Shown one piece after another: positions 1-8,760 of a stretch of 24,000 bases of DNA (position 1 is its first letter; the number at the start of each line of letters is the position of its first letter). The DNA lies in the NCBI GenBank assembly GCA_021323375.2, contig JAJPCT020000005.1:2725-26724 (forward strand), given 5' to 3'. A model generated the notes under the pieces. It was given only the letters and a program-made list of their open reading frames with translations, was not told the DNA's origin and did not search any database. The DNA is from Candidatus Wolframiiraptor gerlachensis (lineage in GTDB: Archaea; Thermoproteota; Nitrososphaeria_A; Caldarchaeales; Wolframiiraptoraceae). A program made the position numbers and the translations under genes.

Positions 1-1016
1 ACAAGGCTCCCATGAACGTGCACGATATGAGACTCCCTTAATCTAAGCTCATGTTTCTCGATTAATTCTTCGAGGCCGAGTTCTGCGGGAGCTGCCATGA
101 CAATCTTGCCACAATCCTTTAGGAGAGCTAGACACCCCTCGAGGAAATTGTCGAGAAGTGTTATGACAGACCTATCGGGAACGGTTGTCGATCTACCATA
201 TGGTGGGTCTGTGACTATTGCGTCGAAGATCTTCTCCCTGAACATGGGCTTCCTCGCGTCGCCGACGATAATATTCTCCTCCCCCGGGGTATAGTGTCTG
301 AGGTTTTTTAGCGCTCCCTCGGCTATCCATCTCTTGAGCTCTATGCCATAAACCCTGTATCCGAGCAGTATTCCCTCAATCATTATTCCCCCGGTGCCGG
401 CGAATGGGTCGAGGATTAGGCCGCCCGGCTCTATGCCCGCGAGGTTTATCATCGCCCTTGATAAGTCCGGCTGCATCGCGGATGGTAGCGAGAACGGCCT
501 CCTGCCAGCAAGCCTATCATAGAAGAAGTGCTTGGGCTTCATTTCAACCAGCGATCCCACAACAGTCTCAGAGGGGCTTGATATGAAGAAGATCATGATG
601 TCGGGCTTCTCCAAATCAACCCTGAGACCGGGCCTTAGCTCTAGAATCCTCTCGCCGATCATCCTCTCGAGCTTTAGCCTGTCGATGGAGGCGCCCATGA
701 TCCTCTTCCCCCTAACAGCCATTGTTAAGGCGGTTGGCGGGATGAGCCTCTCAACAGCCTCCCCGCCTATCAGGCTGAGTATCGCCTCGGGGCTCGTCTC
801 AGAGATCCCCAAAAACCTTCCACAGAGCTTCGTATAGGCGGTCCTCCTCACAGCCTCCCGCGCTGCCTCCTCCGATGTCTCCGCTAAGACTATCCTACCT
901 GACCCGGTCTCCTGAATCCTGGCCTCCGGGTCAAGGAGTTTTAGAACGGACTTTAACTCCGACGCGGGGACGGTCTTATGCTCTCCCGATAGGAGGAAGA
1001 AGAATCTCTCCTTCAA
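1..1016 (-). CDS. tRNA (guanine-N2)-methyltransferase, Trm11/Trm-G10-like; the C-terminal end runs off the left edge of the window
   Basis: Absent from the ORF track because no stop codon lies inside the window. My own minus-strand translation gives GGLILDPFAGTGGIMIEG (SAM-binding motif I, about nt 384-425) and IVTDPPYGRS (motif IV, about nt 189-215). The N-terminus reads (L/M)KERFFFLLSGEHKTVPASELKSVL. The only in-frame start candidate after the upstream stop is TTG at 1016-1014, which overlaps the prs stop (TTGA). Confidence 0.7.
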   Translation of the reverse strand, partial: MKERFFFLLSGEHKTVPASELKSVLKLLDPEARIQETGSGRIVLAETSEEAAREAVRRTAYTKLCGRFLGISETSPEAILSLIGGEAVERLIPPTALTMAVRGKRIMGASIDRLKLERMIGERILELRPGLRVDLEKPDIMIFFISSPSETVVGSLVEMKPKHFFYDRLAGRRPFSLPSAMQPDLSRAMINLAGIEPGGLILDPFAGTGGIMIEGILLGYRVYGIELKRWIAEGALKNLRHYTPGEENIIVGDARKPMFREKIFDAIVTDPPYGRSTTVPDRSVITLLDNFLEGCLALLKDCGKIVMAAPAELGLEELIEKHELRLRESHIVHVHGSL

Positions 1017-1888
1017 GCTCTGCCTAGAACTTCCCTAGCCAATATTCTCGCGACCGAGTATCTGGAGTAGTTGCTTGGCACGGTGTCGGAGGCGATTATC
1101 GTCTCGGCTCCAGCCCTGAGGATCTTCTCGGCGGCATTCTCGATCATTAGGCCGTGGATGCATGCCGCGATTATCCTGCGTGCGCCCATATTCCTCAAAA
1201 CCTCCACGAGCTTGGCCATAGTTCCTCCCGTGCTAATTATATCATCAACGACGAGCACGCTTCTACCCCTAACGCTATCCTCGAGCACGACTGAGACCTC
1301 GCCCGTAAATTTGTCCCTAGTTGATTGAGCGACTAGGTAATCCATCCCAAGGAAGCCGGCAACCCTCTCCGCCATGCACCTCCCCTTCTTCCCCACGGAG
1401 ACAACCACGGCATCATAGAGCCCCAGATCCTTGATATAGCTGGCGAGAGCTTCCTCGGCTAGAATATCCTTAACGGGCACCGGCGATGACTCGACCGCCC
1501 AAGGAGAGTGGACGTTCACGGTGTATACCCGCTCGTATCCGGAGGCCTTAAGCAGCTTGAGCAGCGTGCTTAGGCTCATCGCCTCTCCATCCAGAAAGCG
1601 CTTATCCTGCCTCGCGTAGGCGAGGTATGGTGATAGAAGGTGGACGGATCTCGCGCCGAGATCTAGAGCCGCGTCGGCCATCAAGAATGCTTGGAAAATA
1701 TGTCTATCCTGTGGTGGATGAAATCCTTGGATTATTAGCAGATCCTCTCCGGAGACCTTCTCCGGGAAGCGTATGTAGCTCTCGCCATCGGGGAAGAGCT
1801 TATGCTCAACCCTGATCAGCTTGAGGCCGGAGGCCTCGGAGATTTTCTCAGCAAGGTATGCTGAGGCCGGCCCCCCGACAATTATCAT
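1013..1888 (-). CDS. prs: ribose-phosphate pyrophosphokinase (PRPP synthetase)
   Basis: 291-aa ORF with the PRPP-binding loop VLVVDDIISTGGTMAK and an overall Prs-like N-terminus (GGPASAYLAEKIS...FPDGE). Confidence 0.9.
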   Translation of the reverse strand: MIIVGGPASAYLAEKISEASGLKLIRVEHKLFPDGESYIRFPEKVSGEDLLIIQGFHPPQDRHIFQAFLMADAALDLGARSVHLLSPYLAYARQDKRFLDGEAMSLSTLLKLLKASGYERVYTVNVHSPWAVESSPVPVKDILAEEALASYIKDLGLYDAVVVSVGKKGRCMAERVAGFLGMDYLVAQSTRDKFTGEVSVVLEDSVRGRSVLVVDDIISTGGTMAKLVEVLRNMGARRIIAACIHGLMIENAAEKILRAGAETIIASDTVPSNYSRYSVARILAREVLGRA

Positions 1889-1908
1889 GCAACTCCTCTT
1901 TATCCCAC

Positions 1909-1916
1909 ATATTTTT
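1909..1916 (-). promoter_or_regulatory. TATA-like box upstream of prs
   Basis: The minus strand reads AAAAATAT, centred about 25 nt upstream of the prs ATG (1888). This fits a leaderless archaeal transcript. Confidence 0.3.
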
Positions 1917-1933
1917 GGTTTGTCTTCATGTGG

Positions 1934-1941
1934 TTAAATAT
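1934..1941 (+). promoter_or_regulatory. TATA-like box upstream of the phosphatase gene
   Basis: TTAAATAT is centred about 26 nt upstream of the ATG at 1964, in the divergent intergenic region shared with prs. Confidence 0.35.
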
Positions 1942-1963
1942 TGGGAGGGAGATCGCATAGGGA

Positions 1964-2470
1964 ATGCCTGGGCTTGGGGATGCTTATAGGAGGTTTTTAG
2001 CCTTGTTCATGGATAGGCCCTCGAACTTCAGCTGGGTTGATGAGTGGGTTGCGGCCTCTGGAAGGCCTATGACGATCCATCAGCTTAGATGGATCAAGTC
2101 TAGGGGGATTGATGCGGTGATCTCGCTGACGGAACATCCCCTCCCACGCGAGTGGATTGAGCAACTTGGCATAGAGTATGCGCATTTTCCGATCGAGGAT
2201 CACTCGGCGCCGGATCCAGAGACCTTGAAGGAGATTGTTGACAAGATTCTCGCCATGGTATCTGGGGAGAGGAGGGTTCTCATACACTGCGCCGCCGGCC
2301 TCGGGAGAACCGGCACCGTTCTAGCAGCATATCTTATGGTCTCAAAGGGCCTATCGGCGGAGGAGGCGATAAGCGCTGTTAGAAGGCTTAGGCCGGGATC
2401 AATCGAGCCGATCCAAGAGATCTCGATCATCGAGTTTCAGCGGAGATATTTTCCTAGAGCTGCTCCATGA
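1964..2470 (+). CDS. dual-specificity / tyrosine protein phosphatase (CX5R family)
   Basis: 168-aa ORF with the catalytic signature VLIHCAAGLGRTGT (HCxxGxxRT). Its 3' end overlaps the convergent hel308 by 17 nt. Confidence 0.85.
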   Translation: MPGLGDAYRRFLALFMDRPSNFSWVDEWVAASGRPMTIHQLRWIKSRGIDAVISLTEHPLPREWIEQLGIEYAHFPIEDHSAPDPETLKEIVDKILAMVSGERRVLIHCAAGLGRTGTVLAAYLMVSKGLSAEEAISAVRRLRPGSIEPIQEISIIEFQRRYFPRAAP

Positions 2471-4595
2471 TCTGCTTGACTATCGCGGGGCCTATCCCGG
2501 GTATCCGCATGAGATCCTGGGGCGATGCCGCCCTAAGCTTCTCAAGCGACGTGTATCCATGCTGGTATAGGAGCCTAGCTCTAACCCTTCCTATGCCCCG
2601 GAGCCTCGCCAGCGGTATAAGCTCCTCCTTGACACCATGCTTTATCCGCTCGCTCATGATGTCATATGGCTTAACGAATTCCCTGTATCCCGCGACCTTC
2701 GCTATCTGGGATGCTGCATAGGCTATCCAGCTCGCCGCCTCCCTCAGTATCGCGAGGTCTCCTGGCTGCACCCCGAACCTCTCATATATCTCGGCCTCTG
2801 GGACTTCCTCAACCCAAGCCTCGAGAACCAGCGCCATCCTGAATGCATCAACATATTCGTCGTATGCCTCGTCTCCAGGGTCTAGTGGCTGGATCATCAG
2901 GCCCTCGGCCCTCCGCTCAATCTCCTCCTCTAAAAGCCTTGGTGAGAGCCTTTTCATCGGTATCCTTGGGATATCTGGTGTTAGCGCGATCGAGTGTAGT
3001 AGGCCGAATGATGATACCCGCCCAGCCTCCCTGAAGGCCTCGAGAAGCCTTATGGCGGTCATCGGATCTATGTAGAGCTCGGAAACCCTCCTGCCCAAAG
3101 GCGTTGCCCTAACCTCCAGCCCATATACCTCTAGGAGGCCGGCTGACTCGAGGAAGCCCAGCACCCCAGTAAGCTCCTCCTCGATCAGGTGAGCACCATA
3201 GATATGGGCGAGAAATGTCTCATCAAAGAGCTTGAGAAGCCCATCGATAGTCGCGACCTCCTCCGAGGCGACGAGGGCGAGGACATGGAACCTTAGATGC
3301 TTCTCTGATGCGAGCTCGCTTCTAATTCTCTCGGGCTCGCCCTGCACATACCTCCTCATGAAATACTCCTTCTCATCATTCCTCCTCGCGATTATTGCGG
3401 AGTAGCCCACCTCATCGTAGCCGGGCCTCCCAGCCCTACCGCAGAACTGCTTATACTCGAGCACGGGGATCAGCTGGTATCCGTATCCCGGCTGATATCT
3501 CCTAACCTCGGTTATAAGGACTAGCCTGGCTGGCAGGTTGACGCCTGCAGCGAGCGTCGGGGTCGCGACGACGGCCTTAAGCCTCCTAGCCCTGAAAGCT
3601 TCCTCGATAAGGGATCTCTGAGCATGTGACAGGCCTGCGTGATGGAATGCAGCGCCCCTCACAACCAGCTGGGCAAGATTCTCCGAGAATGAGCTCCTAT
3701 CAGTCGCCAAGATCTTCTCGGCATATTCCTCGAGCGCCTCACGATCATCAGGCGCGAGCAGGTCTATCCTCTCGCTAAGATCCTTCGCTATCCTCGCTGC
3801 ATAGCTCTCCGCCCTGCTCCTCGTCAGCGCGAAGACGAGGGCCTGCCCACCCTCAGCCACAATATTAAGGACAGCATTCACTATCACGTTATCAGACATC
3901 TGCTTCAGCTCCCATATGCTCCCATCCGGGAACTCTATCCTCCCCCCGAGGAGCACGCCCTCCTTCAATGGCACGGGCCTCCAGTCCGAGACCACGGGCT
4001 TGGCATTGAGCCAGCCTGCCACCTCATCCGCGTTGCTTATCGTAGCGCTCAATCCTATAAGCTGGGCTCCCGGAAGCCTCCTCCTAAGCTTCGTTATCAC
4101 CATCTCGAGCGTCGGCCCCCTATCCGGATCACCGAGCAGATGAAGCTCATCAAAGACGATGAGGCTCACATCATTTATCCAAGGTGCTCTATGCCTGAGA
4201 AGACTATCCGCTTTCTCATTCGTCGCGACTATCACGTCATAGTCCGCGAGCCATGGATCCGATGAATCATAGTCTCCCGTCGAGATCGCCGCCTTGAAGC
4301 CCGTCCCCCTGCATAACAGCCTCTTACAGTCCTCGAACTTCTCGGATGCGAGCGCCCTGAGCGGCACGAGATATAGCACCTTGCCGCCCTTCACGAGATG
4401 TATCGAAGCGGCCATAAGGGCGACGAGAGTCTTGCCGGATGCTGTCGGCGTCGCGAGGACTATATTCTCGCCAGCTAGGACCCCTGCTTGAAGAGCCTTA
4501 ACCTGCGGCGGGTAAAGCTCCACTACCCCAAAATCCCTGAGATTTCTCTTGAGGAACTCGGGCACGGGCAGGTCCTCGACCAGCACTTCATCCAC
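2454..4595 (-). CDS. hel308: Hel308/Hjm (Ski2-like) DNA helicase
   Basis: 713-aa ORF with Walker A ATPTASGKT, a DExH box (VFDELH), helicase motif VI (QFCGRAGRPG) and a C-terminal HhH-like tail (RIPGIGPAIVKQI). It lies directly downstream of mcm on the same strand. Confidence 0.9.
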   Translation of the reverse strand: MDEVLVEDLPVPEFLKRNLRDFGVVELYPPQVKALQAGVLAGENIVLATPTASGKTLVALMAASIHLVKGGKVLYLVPLRALASEKFEDCKRLLCRGTGFKAAISTGDYDSSDPWLADYDVIVATNEKADSLLRHRAPWINDVSLIVFDELHLLGDPDRGPTLEMVITKLRRRLPGAQLIGLSATISNADEVAGWLNAKPVVSDWRPVPLKEGVLLGGRIEFPDGSIWELKQMSDNVIVNAVLNIVAEGGQALVFALTRSRAESYAARIAKDLSERIDLLAPDDREALEEYAEKILATDRSSFSENLAQLVVRGAAFHHAGLSHAQRSLIEEAFRARRLKAVVATPTLAAGVNLPARLVLITEVRRYQPGYGYQLIPVLEYKQFCGRAGRPGYDEVGYSAIIARRNDEKEYFMRRYVQGEPERIRSELASEKHLRFHVLALVASEEVATIDGLLKLFDETFLAHIYGAHLIEEELTGVLGFLESAGLLEVYGLEVRATPLGRRVSELYIDPMTAIRLLEAFREAGRVSSFGLLHSIALTPDIPRIPMKRLSPRLLEEEIERRAEGLMIQPLDPGDEAYDEYVDAFRMALVLEAWVEEVPEAEIYERFGVQPGDLAILREAASWIAYAASQIAKVAGYREFVKPYDIMSERIKHGVKEELIPLARLRGIGRVRARLLYQHGYTSLEKLRAASPQDLMRIPGIGPAIVKQIMEQL

Positions 4596-4611
4596 CCGCT
4601 GGAGAAGGGCC

Positions 4612-7600
4612 CTATGTTATCCTATATATCCCGGTTCTTGGGCTGAAGATCTTGCCCTCTGATAATAGCCTGCTGAGGATCTTGTTTATCTCCGCGTCTG
4701 TGAGCCCCTTCTCCCTGAGAGCATCCCTTAGCTCTTCATCCTCCGCATGCCCCTTCTCCTCCTGGAGCTCTCTCAGGGTGTCGAGGAAGATGGCGATCTT
4801 ATCTCGGAGGCTCTTCGGCTTCCCGGTCAGGATGACATCTATGTCAGGTCTCCCCGTCTCAACATCTATGCCGACCTCAGAAAGGCTCCTCTTCATCAGG
4901 CTTATCACGTCAAGCACATCCTCTTCGGTCACATAGTCTCTTAGGGCCGCCCGCGCCCTGGCCTCAGCCAGCCTTATCAGCGACTCGAGCTGCCTCGCGG
5001 TGATCGTCACGGTGGACGTCTGCTGATACATGGACCTCATCTGGAGATAGAACTCCTTAATTAGCCTGGTGGCAGCTGGCGTGAGCTCCGGCTGAATCCT
5101 CTTAGCATACGCGATGTATTTTCTCAGGATCTCGGGCTTAATTGGAGGCGCTGTCACAGCTACACTCCTTGACTGAAGCCCCAGAACATGGTCCGTGAGC
5201 TTCTCATCAAGCTCCCGGTTTGGCTCATCCCTGAGGACAAAGATCAAGTCGAACCTGGAGAGGATCGTGATGGGTAGATCAACGTTGTCGGTAAAGCTCC
5301 TATATGGGTCATATCTGCCGAGCGTCGGGTTGGCGGCCGCGAGTATCGAGGTCCTAGCATTGAGCGTCGCGACGATGCCGCCCTTAGCTATGCTTATCGT
5401 CTGCTGAGCCATCGCCTCATGAAGCGCAACCCTATCCTCAGGCCTCATCTTATCAATCTCATCTATACATGCGACACCCATGTCGGCTAGAACGAGAGCC
5501 CCCGCCTCGAGCATCATGCCGCCCGTACTATCCCTGACAACCGCCGCCGTATTATGAACTATGAACCCATTTGCTATGAATGCGTGTGAATCATTTACGG
5601 TCAAGTCATATACCTCATTTAACTCCTCCTCATTCACATCCTTAACTTTAACCAAGATAATCTCATCATTTAGCCGCTTAAAGTTGTTATGTGTTCCCTT
5701 CCTCTGCCTGATGAGTGCGAGTAACTTCTGGAACTTCTCCGAATTACTAAACCCTATCTCCCTGAGGAAGATCTTTAAGGATTCCAGATCGTAAATTGAT
5801 ACCTCGTATACTTGTTCTTCCCTTACGACCTTGCCGTTGATAAGGCTTTCACGTGGACCGCGTCTCATGATTATTGATGATATTATGCCAAATCTTCGTA
5901 GGAGCATATCCACCTGTTCTGCAAGCTTCTTGCTTGATGTTGAGAAGAAGACGTACTTTCCATTCATGACTCCACCATCATTTGTGAATAATTGTCTGAG
6001 AAATCTTCCAATCAGCTTTCTAGGCATGACATGTATTAGAGGATGGATCTCAAAGTCTCTCCCCTTATCTCCGACGGGGATTCCAAACGCTCTTAAAATT
6101 CTTGCAAGGATCTTGTTTGAGAATCGGACGATATAACAATTTTCACGTTTATCCTTCTCGATCCTCGGGCTTAATCCAAATAGCTTCCTCACTCTTTTGA
6201 CATAGTTTCTCGCATCTTTAATCGAGCCTGTTGAGTAATGGATTGTATAGGACCCCTTCTTGCGTGGATCCTCAATCAAGCATCCATTTGAATATATGTC
6301 TCCTAAAAACTCCATGAGGTCTTCATTTGGATATGGGGGCAGCTTGATTCTCTCAACCCTCCTATAACTCTTGTATGCTACAGATTTGATGTATGGAAGA
6401 ACATCCTCAAAATTCATGTCGATTTTTTCGAGGATCCTTTTCAAGACCCCAAGCCTAGGGCTTGTTAGCCCCTTTCTCCACCGATAATAAATGTAATCCT
6501 CATTTACCCCAAGGAACTTTGCCGCGTTTCTCGAAGATCCAAGCTTCTTCGAGAGCCTGTCTAGTAATTCGTCTAACCTACGTGGGTCCATTTCGACGAA
6601 TACATCATCTCCTATAAGCTCATAGAGACATTTCCTCCAATCGCCCTCTAGCTCCGGGATTTTGGCCACAAGAGCAACATGGTCCCCAACCCTCACTTCG
6701 CAAGCCTTTTTCCATTTCAAGGTTTCTCCATCTTCTGAACAGAGGATTGGTGTCTCCGCAGTTAGAGTGATCGATTTGCCCAAAACGGTATCTATCCGAA
6801 TTGCCTTATCTGCCTTTAGCTTGTAATATTGTATCGCCTTGTGAATCTCAATCCTCTTCAAATCTTTCGAGGGCGCAATTAATTTAACGATTTTTGGATT
6901 CTCTGAAATCCAAATTCCATCATCCAATCTTCGTGACCCATTCTCGAGATTCTTTTCCACGACTTCTCTTATTGGACGTATTCCATTGCTTGTATAGATT
7001 AAAGTGTCTCCTGAGACGCACAAGCCTGCTGCGGTCGAGCCTCTTCCAGATGTATAGATTCCTCTCGGCGCCATCATGGCGACGTATTTGAGTAGCTGGC
7101 TCTTCCCTGTTCCAGGGTCTCCGACGAGTAGGAGGTGGATGTCGCCGCGTATCCTTGTGCCATCTGGGTATTGTTTCGACCTTCCGCCGAAGAGGAGGAG
7201 CATTACGGCCTTCTTCACGTGCTCTAGCCCGTAGAGGCTGGGCGCGATCGAGTCCATAAGCTTCTTATGGATCTCCGGATCCTTCGCCATCTCCCTGAAG
7301 AGCTTCTCCTCCTCGGGCGTTATGATCAGGCTCTCGGGCTCCTTGCTCGCCGTCTCTATGCTAACCGCCTCGAGATACATCTTCGAGGTCCTCCTCGGAG
7401 TATTGGCATCGCGCTCCGGCATTGTCCTAAGAATCCCGGTAACTATCACCCTGTCGCCAGGCCTAGCCACGTCAACGATATCACCCTTAAGCTCTACATC
7501 AATTACCCTCGGTATCTGGCCTGGTGGAAGATCCTCAGGTTTCTCCTGTATCCCCACGAGCTGGAAGTCTATGTACTCCGACTCCTCCGGTATCATCTCG

Positions 7601-8097
7601 AATTTTCTGCTCCTGCATCTCTCACATCTCTCGGGGGGCCTGAGCCTTGGCCCTGAGGAGTCCTCGGAGGATAGGTATTTCGCGCCGCAATTTGAGCAGG
7701 CGAAGACGGCTGTCTTTAGCATTGGGCGGACGGTGCTCGCCCTAACCATTATCCCATCCACCGCTATCAGCTTTCCAAGATGATGTGATCTGATCTCCCT
7801 GATTGGTATCCTGTCTGGAAGGTTGAAGACTCTTGCCTTGAACTCCTTTAGTGTAGCCGCGTAGTCCGGGTCCTCGACTTGGAGCTGCTTATATGCCGCC
7901 CTATCGAGAATCGGGAGATACTTCAGCGGATCATTCACTATAAGATGGCTGAGCTCCTCATCGAATGATATCAGGTCGCTGTGATCAACGGGTATTGATT
8001 GTTTTCGCTGAGCCGCGGCCGTGGCTAGGAGGGATCTATACTTCTCCTGCTTGAAGAAGCTTAGCAGCCTCTCCTCTATCTGGGGCTCAGCGGCCAT
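4612..8097 (-). CDS. mcm: MCM replicative helicase, interrupted in frame by an intein (671-aa extein plus 490-aa intein)
   Basis: Zn finger CSNC...CERC, Walker A GDPGTGKSQ, Walker B ACIDEIDKM, arginine-finger region SRFDLIFVL and a C-terminal winged-helix-like tail. The conserved block GRGSTAAGL / TAAVVRD is split by a Cys...His-Asn element. Confidence 0.95.
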   Translation of the reverse strand: MAAEPQIEERLLSFFKQEKYRSLLATAAAQRKQSIPVDHSDLISFDEELSHLIVNDPLKYLPILDRAAYKQLQVEDPDYAATLKEFKARVFNLPDRIPIREIRSHHLGKLIAVDGIMVRASTVRPMLKTAVFACSNCGAKYLSSEDSSGPRLRPPERCERCRSRKFEMIPEESEYIDFQLVGIQEKPEDLPPGQIPRVIDVELKGDIVDVARPGDRVIVTGILRTMPERDANTPRRTSKMYLEAVSIETASKEPESLIITPEEEKLFREMAKDPEIHKKLMDSIAPSLYGLEHVKKAVMLLLFGGRSKQYPDGTRIRGDIHLLLVGDPGTGKSQLLKYVAMMAPRGIYTSGRGSTAAGLCVSGDTLIYTSNGIRPIREVVEKNLENGSRRLDDGIWISENPKIVKLIAPSKDLKRIEIHKAIQYYKLKADKAIRIDTVLGKSITLTAETPILCSEDGETLKWKKACEVRVGDHVALVAKIPELEGDWRKCLYELIGDDVFVEMDPRRLDELLDRLSKKLGSSRNAAKFLGVNEDYIYYRWRKGLTSPRLGVLKRILEKIDMNFEDVLPYIKSVAYKSYRRVERIKLPPYPNEDLMEFLGDIYSNGCLIEDPRKKGSYTIHYSTGSIKDARNYVKRVRKLFGLSPRIEKDKRENCYIVRFSNKILARILRAFGIPVGDKGRDFEIHPLIHVMPRKLIGRFLRQLFTNDGGVMNGKYVFFSTSSKKLAEQVDMLLRRFGIISSIIMRRGPRESLINGKVVREEQVYEVSIYDLESLKIFLREIGFSNSEKFQKLLALIRQRKGTHNNFKRLNDEIILVKVKDVNEEELNEVYDLTVNDSHAFIANGFIVHNTAAVVRDSTGGMMLEAGALVLADMGVACIDEIDKMRPEDRVALHEAMAQQTISIAKGGIVATLNARTSILAAANPTLGRYDPYRSFTDNVDLPITILSRFDLIFVLRDEPNRELDEKLTDHVLGLQSRSVAVTAPPIKPEILRKYIAYAKRIQPELTPAATRLIKEFYLQMRSMYQQTSTVTITARQLESLIRLAEARARAALRDYVTEEDVLDVISLMKRSLSEVGIDVETGRPDIDVILTGKPKSLRDKIAIFLDTLRELQEEKGHAEDEELRDALREKGLTDAEINKILSRLLSEGKIFSPRTGIYRIT
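5551..7020 (-). mobile_element. intein with a LAGLIDADG homing-endonuclease domain inside mcm (residues 360-849)
   Basis: The element begins with CVSGDTLIYT (Cys1, block A) and ends with FIVHN, followed by Thr+1. It carries two LAGLIDADG-type motifs (LMEFLGDIYSNGCL and IGRFLRQLFTNDGGV). The extein junction restores the canonical MCM sequence AAGL|TAAV. The region is visibly more A/T-rich than the flanking mcm sequence. Confidence 0.9.
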
Positions 8098-8632
8098 CGC
8101 CGCCCACCTCCACGAATTCGTGCCAGGCGTTTACGAGCCCTAGTAGCTGGCCATAGAACACCTCCTCCTCGGCTGTGAGGTTTCGGACCATTGAGGCCGG
8201 GATCCTCTTCGCGGCGAAGCTCATTATCTTCGCGAGCCTGAGGGAGTAGATGTCTCTCAAGTGCATCATTAGCTCGGGCTCGCCGCTTGAGATGATCCTT
8301 CTAGCCTTGAGGTAGAAGTATCTTGGGAGGGGCTGAAGCTCCGCCGGGTTGCTCTTCTCCTTCCACCTTAGCTGCAGGATCGTTTTCATGTCTAGCAGGT
8401 CCTCGGCAGGCCTCGCGAGCTCCTTCTCGAAGAGCTTCTCGGCAATCCAGTGGTAGACCCTAAGGCTTGAGCCGGCCTTGAGACCCGTGAGCGCCCCAGA
8501 TGGCAGGACTAGCTTCTGAATATCCTTGAGCAATATCACTTCCTCGAGCGAGTTCTCAAACTCGACCTCTAAGCCCTTGAGGGCACGCCTAAGCTCCTCC
8601 GCAGCCATTGGGTCCAGCCCGTGCCAGAGCAT
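8087..8632 (-). CDS. GINS complex subunit, Gins23-like (B-domain then A-domain order)
   Basis: The C-terminal half has GINS A-domain patterns (LPRYFYLKARRII, RDIYSLRLAKIMSFA, LTAEEEVFYGQLLGLVNAW). The N-terminal half is B-domain-like (LPSG...LKAGSSLRVYHWIAEKLFEKELARP). It overlaps the mcm start by 11 nt, and a gins23-mcm operon is known in Crenarchaeota. AAGGAG lies 6 nt upstream of the ATG. Confidence 0.6.
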   Translation of the reverse strand: MLWHGLDPMAAEELRRALKGLEVEFENSLEEVILLKDIQKLVLPSGALTGLKAGSSLRVYHWIAEKLFEKELARPAEDLLDMKTILQLRWKEKSNPAELQPLPRYFYLKARRIISSGEPELMMHLRDIYSLRLAKIMSFAAKRIPASMVRNLTAEEEVFYGQLLGLVNAWHEFVEVGGDGR

Positions 8633-8713
8633 GCTCTACTCCTTAATTTACCCTCGGGGGATGGGTGAAAGTGGATGAGTATCCAGGTATTAGCCGGGGC
8701 CTTCTCAGGGAAT

Positions 8714-8760
8714 CACAAAAGCAAAAATATAGCCGCACAATCAGCTAGAGCTGGGCGGCT
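8714..8760 (-). terminator. two-tier hairpin followed by U-tracts on the minus strand (possible terminator; the same T/A-rich box could be the GINS-mcm TATA)
   Basis: AGCCGC (8731-8736) pairs with GCGGCT (8755-8760), with an inner CAGC/GCTG stem. On the minus strand this is followed by AUAUUUUUGCUUUUGUG (8730 to 8714). Confidence 0.35.

Noticed and set aside
97-837. Plus-strand track ORFs 97-294, 404-586 and 532-837
   Set aside because: They are shadow ORFs antisense to the Trm11-like methyltransferase gene, whose minus-strand translation carries clear SAM-MTase motifs. Their own sequences are low-complexity (S/P/R/L-rich).
4652-7783. Multiple plus-strand ORFs inside mcm and the intein (for example 5831-6136, 7267-7656, 7322-7783)
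   Set aside because: All are antisense shadows of a 1161-aa ORF whose MCM and intein motifs are continuous.
8441-8456. ORB-like TCCAGTGG sequence as a replication-origin element
   Set aside because: It is a single copy inside the GINS coding sequence, with no partner repeats or adjacent A/T-rich unwinding element.
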